NCBI GenBank assembly: GCA_001515205.2
Contig: LQMQ01000007.1
Coordinates: 6,028-70,027, forward strand
Reading direction: 5' to 3'
Origin: Candidatus Hadarchaeum yellowstonense
GTDB lineage: Archaea > Hadarchaeota > Hadarchaeia > Hadarchaeales > Hadarchaeaceae
DNA: 64,000 nucleotides
Shown here: piece by piece, positions 59,533 to 64,000 of the stretch
How the letters are laid out: every line of letters starts with the position of its first letter
Numbering within the stretch: the first letter of the stretch is position 1
The notes under the pieces: model-generated
Told to the model about the DNA's origin: nothing
Databases searched by the model: none
The model's input: only the letters and a program-made list of their open reading frames with translations
Position numbers and translations under genes: made by a program

Positions 59533-60405
59533 TTAAATAGCCCGGATCTCCTGCCTCATAAATTTGACGTAGGAAATGGCGAAGATGATGAGTGTGGCGG
59601 CTATCAGGGTTGTCGCGTGTGACCAGATCAGGAGCAGGCTCTGATCCAGCGGGAGCGGGTTTGCCACCATCCCATACAGCTTCTCTATCGACACGGGCCC
59701 TAGAATTCTCACCCAGGGATTAACCATCACGTATGATGCCTCAAGGAAAATGTAGCTCGGCGAAAGATAGAGCAGGGTTGAACTTCTCAGCGGCGAGGCA
59801 ATCATGTAGACAAAGAAGCTGAAAAACAGCCATACGGCTACCGAGGCGAGTGCCGAGGTGCCCTCACGCCTAAAGATTACAGAGAAGAGCAGCCCCAGAG
59901 CAACCCAAAAGGAGAGATAAACCACGCTCAAAAGGAGAAAAATCAGTATTCGACCTATTTCCTCAAGCGTCGGCAGAGTGCTCCAGGCCCGAATGGCCAG
60001 CCCCACCTGAATAAAGATCACACCAATCAGGGTAATGGTGATGGTCGCCACACCGGCCAAAAACTTGGCGTTTATCACTGAATCCCGGTGCACGGGCTGA
60101 GAGAGGACGTTGCCCAAGGTGCCGCTGGATATCTCCCGGTTGATTGTGTCAAAGGTAAAAATGAACCCGAGCAGGGGGGCCAAGTAAATAACCACCCACA
60201 GAAATGAAGGCAATCCCTGCGCCCCGATCACGAAAAGCTGAAGAAACACATACTCGCCCAATGTCCTCTGCAGTCCCAAGTTCTGCACCGCTCCATAGGT
60301 CATGAACAGGCCGAGCGCGTAGATGATGAAAAACAGGAGCCAGAACCTCTTGCTACCGAGGTTATCGGATAGCTCCTTAATGAAGATCTCCCGCGTCCCC
60401 GCCAT
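59533..60405 (-). CDS. ABC-2 type transporter permease
   Basis: KELSD, FDTINRE..SGTL..VLSQPV.R..VINAKF; about 6 TM. Confidence 0.9.
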   Translation of the reverse strand: MAGTREIFIKELSDNLGSKRFWLLFFIIYALGLFMTYGAVQNLGLQRTLGEYVFLQLFVIGAQGLPSFLWVVIYLAPLLGFIFTFDTINREISSGTLGNVLSQPVHRDSVINAKFLAGVATITITLIGVIFIQVGLAIRAWSTLPTLEEIGRILIFLLLSVVYLSFWVALGLLFSVIFRREGTSALASVAVWLFFSFFVYMIASPLRSSTLLYLSPSYIFLEASYVMVNPWVRILGPVSIEKLYGMVANPLPLDQSLLLIWSHATTLIAATLIIFAISYVKFMRQEIRAI

Positions 60406-61337
60406 CAGCTCTCCCCCAGATATCCCAGATAAATTTCCTCCAGAGAACGTTCCCTCGCCCTCAGGCTGAGGGGAAAGATCTTATTCTGCAAAAAGAACTC
60501 CATGATGGCCGACCTGATGTCCTTCTCCGATCTCACCGTGATGACGTTACCAGACCTGTCGACGCTCTTTACACCGTGAAGCGAGGACAGGTCGTGGACC
60601 AGCTTTGGGGTGATGTTTTCTGCCTCAATGTCAATCACCCAATCCTCCTTGGTTCTGGCTCTCAGCTCCTCGATGGTGCCCAGCGCAACCATCTTTCCCC
60701 GCAACATTATGCCTATGCGGTCACAAATGTGCTGCACATCAGCGAGCATGTGGGAAAGCAACAAAACAGTCGTCTTCTCCTCCTTGCTGATGCGCCTTAG
60801 CAATTCGAGCAGCTCATTTTTTCCCTCGGGATCCAGTCCCTGCGTCGGCTCATCGAAGAAAGCAACCTTGGGCTTTTTTACCAGCACACCGGCAATACCC
60901 ACCCGCTGCCTCATCCCCCGGGAAAGTTTACCAACTTTTGTCTGAGCATATCCTGCGGCCCCAACTGATTCGAGGGCATCCTTGATGCGCCGGCGCGCTT
61001 CGTTCTCCGGGATCTGGTTCAGCTTGGTAATGTATCTCAGATTTTGCTCCGGGGTCAGATCTTCATAGAGTCCTATTCTCTCGGCCAGATATCCGCTGAT
61101 GCTTTTCACCTTCAGGGGTTCTCGAAACGGATCGTGACCGAAAACCCTGCAGGTGCCGGAGGAGGGCTCGGTAAGTCCAAGCAACATCAAAACGGTTGTG
61201 GTCTTGCCCGCCCCGTTCGGGCCCAGCATCCCGAAGAGCTCCCCCGGCTTGATCGAGAGGTTCAGCCGGTCAACTGCGACGAAATCATTGTACTTCTTGG
61301 TCAGGTCATGTGTCTCTATGGCCAAGGTCTGGTCCAT
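60405..61337 (-). CDS. ABC transporter ATP-binding protein
   Basis: GPNGAGKTT, LSRGMRQR, FFDEPT.GLDP, SH. Confidence 0.95.
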   Translation of the reverse strand: MDQTLAIETHDLTKKYNDFVAVDRLNLSIKPGELFGMLGPNGAGKTTTVLMLLGLTEPSSGTCRVFGHDPFREPLKVKSISGYLAERIGLYEDLTPEQNLRYITKLNQIPENEARRRIKDALESVGAAGYAQTKVGKLSRGMRQRVGIAGVLVKKPKVAFFDEPTQGLDPEGKNELLELLRRISKEEKTTVLLLSHMLADVQHICDRIGIMLRGKMVALGTIEELRARTKEDWVIDIEAENITPKLVHDLSSLHGVKSVDRSGNVITVRSEKDIRSAIMEFFLQNKIFPLSLRARERSLEEIYLGYLGES

Positions 61338-61341
61338 ATGA

Positions 61342-62556
61342 CTACCTTCTGCCCAGGCGCCAGAATATGAAGACCAATCCTAAGACAACGACGATGATTA
61401 TGGCCAGTCCGACTAATCCCCAAGCAATTGAACCGAGAACCGTCACCCTGAGCTCCAGCGTCTGTGAAACTGAATTCGAGCCGCTGGTGTAAGCAGTGAT
61501 CCGCAAGCTGTAGTCGCCGGGTATGGCGTCAGAAGCTGGTTTTATGCTCACCACAACTTGAGCAGATGATCCTGGTGGAACTGCAGCGATCTGATCGGGC
61601 TCAAAGGTCACCTCCCATCCGCTGGGTGTGATGGATCTGAAGCCGATCTTTTCCAGCGTGCCGGAGCCGGTGTTTTTTACCACCATGGTTAAAGTGGTAA
61701 CTTCTCCCTGCGGAGCATTCAGGTTCAGGAGACCGTCGGAAGTTGACAGCTCCATGGTGTAAGTCCCGGTAATTATCGCCTTCAGGTCCAGGGACTGGCT
61801 GTAGGGTCCCGAGGTCGCCAAAACGGTGATCAAGTACTCCCCCGCATCGGCACCGGAAGCTGGGGTAACTGTTATCCGCAGGGTTTTCCTCTCCCCCGCC
61901 TTCATGTGAACCGCGCGCACCAACGTCGACTCGTATCCGGGTGAAAAGGTGACGGTCCATTGGGCTGGAGCGATGTAAGAGAGATCTATATCCCTTTCCT
62001 CACCAGTATCGTTTACCAAATCCACCGAGAACTGGAAACTCTTTCCCGCCGGTCCCTCAATTGAAGGGCTGGTGGTACTGAGGGTCAGGCCCAGTGGTGA
62101 AACCTCGGCAACATCGATGATGATGCTCAGGGAATCAACCACATTGCCGGACGCATCCTTAGCCTTGATGACCACGGTGAAAGAACCAAGGCTCACGCCA
62201 GTTGGTTGGGTAATCGTGAGGGATAGGGGTTTATTCTCATAGGGTGCTAAAGTGACCATTTTGACCAAGTAACCTCCGCTTTTCAACGTCGCCTGCCATC
62301 CCTGTGGTGCCGTGACCTCCAAGCTCAGCGTCTGATATTCGGCACTGAGATTGTTGATATTCACCGAAAGCTGAATGCTCTGCCCGGGGTTGACCTCAAT
62401 TCTGGGGAAAGAGGTAACTATCTTTACTTCCCCGGAAGCCGCTGTCACCGAGGCTGAACCCAACAGCAAGGCACATAGAAATGCTGAAGTTAGGATCACT
62501 GAAACTCTGCTGGACCAAGCCAAACTGATCACCTTTTTATTAATTGTCAGGGGCAT
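61342..62556 (-). CDS. Surface protein with three NEW3/Ig-like repeats and C-terminal TM
   Basis: Repeated N..G/S...P.GW.V/T.F...PG....V.I.P...A..G.Y pattern; N-terminal signal and C-terminal TM plus RR. Start uncertain. Confidence 0.82.
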   Translation of the reverse strand: MPLTINKKVISLAWSSRVSVILTSAFLCALLLGSASVTAASGEVKIVTSFPRIEVNPGQSIQLSVNINNLSAEYQTLSLEVTAPQGWQATLKSGGYLVKMVTLAPYENKPLSLTITQPTGVSLGSFTVVIKAKDASGNVVDSLSIIIDVAEVSPLGLTLSTTSPSIEGPAGKSFQFSVDLVNDTGEERDIDLSYIAPAQWTVTFSPGYESTLVRAVHMKAGERKTLRITVTPASGADAGEYLITVLATSGPYSQSLDLKAIITGTYTMELSTSDGLLNLNAPQGEVTTLTMVVKNTGSGTLEKIGFRSITPSGWEVTFEPDQIAAVPPGSSAQVVVSIKPASDAIPGDYSLRITAYTSGSNSVSQTLELRVTVLGSIAWGLVGLAIIIVVVLGLVFIFWRLGRR

Positions 62557-62611
62557 CTTATTTAAACTTTTATTTTTGTGGAATCCGCACAACTCTTTGA
62601 AAGGGGCAATT

Positions 62612-63013
62612 TTATTTTTTGTTGAATTTTGCCCACCCATTCTTCGCGATTTCCACCCCGGCCACGATCATGGCTATACCTACTATGGTCAGGACGATGC
62701 CGTAGATGGCCTTGCTCCAGTTCGTGGAAAGTTGCGTCCCGCTGGCAACCAGAAGACATATTCCCGCAGCAAGCAGGACGAGGTTCACCCAGGTCTTTCC
62801 CGGCCAGACCCTGCTGGCACCGGCGAAGACCAGCAGTGCACCAGCGGCGATGAGGCCGACGCCAAGTATCAGCGCCACCTCCGTCTGAACCGCGTTCATC
62901 CCTTGGTTTATGAGAATGGCTCCAATCGCGACCAGAGCTATGCCGATTACCATTGTGGCAAATTGTTTCTGCGGACTGGGCGCTGGCGGTGCCTGTGCCA
63001 CTTGCTCGGGCAT
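62612..63013 (-). CDS. Hypothetical 4-TM membrane protein
   Basis: Four Gly/Ile/Ala-rich hydrophobic helices. Confidence 0.7.
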   Translation of the reverse strand: MPEQVAQAPPAPSPQKQFATMVIGIALVAIGAILINQGMNAVQTEVALILGVGLIAAGALLVFAGASRVWPGKTWVNLVLLAAGICLLVASGTQLSTNWSKAIYGIVLTIVGIAMIVAGVEIAKNGWAKFNKK

Positions 63014-63109
63014 AAACGAAACCCAAGCGATTTTAATTGATTATTTCTAAATAGCTTTTGCTTCCTGACTGTCTTAAATAGTAGACGAAATAAGTTCAAA
63101 CGTGCATGG

Positions 63110-64000
63110 ATGCCCGCTGCTAAAATATTGGCGCTGATTGCAATCGCAGTAGTAGCAGCGGTTGGCGCTGGATTTTTCATCTTTGTGCCGAAAGTTCCCA
63201 CTTCACCGCCGCCTAGCCCAACTGGGAATGAAACAACAACACCGCCGAGAAATCCAAACGCAAATGTGATAGGTTACGTCACGGACAGCTCAGGGAACCC
63301 AATAGCTGGAGTCAAAGTTCATCTGGGTGGCTTGGCCGGTCTTCTGACAACCACCGACTCGACCGGATATTATGAATTTGAGGTAGCCCGGGATGAGAGG
63401 GATTTTGAGATGATATTTGAGAAGGCCGGTTATGACAACGTGATAACGACGATCCACGTGACCGCGACGGGTGTTGCTCAACAAAACGTCAAGATGGTTG
63501 TTTCGGGACATGAACCGGTCACGGTGAAATTCACGCTTACCGTCCCTTATACGATGGCAGGCGACAGCTTTTCGATCCAATTTGGTACTAGTGACCCAAT
63601 CGCGATGCAGCAGGTAAATGAAGTCACTTGGTGCTATCTAAAAGAGGCGACCGCGGGAGATATCTTGACCTACAGGTACCTGGTGAACGATAGCCCCGTG
63701 GGTTCTACAAATTCTCTGAAGGTTGTCAAGATGAATAGGATATATGAAACGCGCAACATGCCAGATTGGCCCAATGTTGATGAGATGAACTATCAGAAGG
63801 TCTTCGATTTCATCCCGTATACAAACAACGGCCTTGCTTCGGACTTGGAGCTCGGCCAGGGTTTCTTTGATCTGTGGGGTATTAACTACAACAAGGTTGG
63901 GCTGGAGAACACCTCAGATGTCGCGGGGCCATCGATGGAAAGGATGAAGGAGAAGATGAACGTCTCATGGGTATTGCTGACCGACTTTGTCGAGTACACC
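63110..64000 (+). CDS. Membrane-anchored extracellular protein with carboxypeptidase-regulatory-like domain and possible carbohydrate-active domains, truncated by window edge
   Basis: Not in the ORF track. Manual translation MPAAKILALIAIAVVAAVGAGFFIF-(P/T linker)-VIGYVTDSSGNPIAGVKV...TDSTGYYEF...KAGY; open to 64000. Confidence 0.75.
   Translation, partial: MPAAKILALIAIAVVAAVGAGFFIFVPKVPTSPPPSPTGNETTTPPRNPNANVIGYVTDSSGNPIAGVKVHLGGLAGLLTTTDSTGYYEFEVARDERDFEMIFEKAGYDNVITTIHVTATGVAQQNVKMVVSGHEPVTVKFTLTVPYTMAGDSFSIQFGTSDPIAMQQVNEVTWCYLKEATAGDILTYRYLVNDSPVGSTNSLKVVKMNRIYETRNMPDWPNVDEMNYQKVFDFIPYTNNGLASDLELGQGFFDLWGINYNKVGLENTSDVAGPSMERMKEKMNVSWVLLTDFVEYT

Overview
A densely coding archaeal chromosomal segment. 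Evidence includes an HMf-type histone, PolB3, Nop5/fibrillarin, a proteasome beta subunit, EF-1beta, S24e/S27ae, GGTGA-type ribosome-binding sites and TATA-like promoters. The gene content suggests an anaerobic, euryarchaeal-like lineage such as Hadarchaeota; this is inference only. I count about 60 CDS (three absent from the ORF track: S27ae and the two edge-truncated genes) and one tRNA-Arg(GCG). I saw no CRISPR array, transposase, integrase or rRNA. Main result: a split set of genes resembling the bacterial anaerobic purine/urate-catabolic cluster. It comprises a cyclic amidohydrolase, an SsnA-like deaminase, a PreA/YgfK-like flavo-FeS reductase lacking the catalytic Cys, XdhC, MocA, Moco genes, a YgeW-like knotted carbamoyltransferase and a three-subunit Mo-hydroxylase whose operon ends in a small ubiquitin-like (C-terminal GGG) protein. 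Several genes look like pseudoenzymes or variants: an ACD alpha subunit lacking its phospho-His loop, a TIM barrel without His ligands, a proteasome beta subunit without Thr1, a degenerate pilus ATPase and a variant histone. Also present are a eukaryote-like topoisomerase IB next to a single-OB SSB, a PolB with an altered uracil pocket and a bacterial-type GAPDH with NADP signatures. All calls come from motif recognition by eye; no database searches were run.
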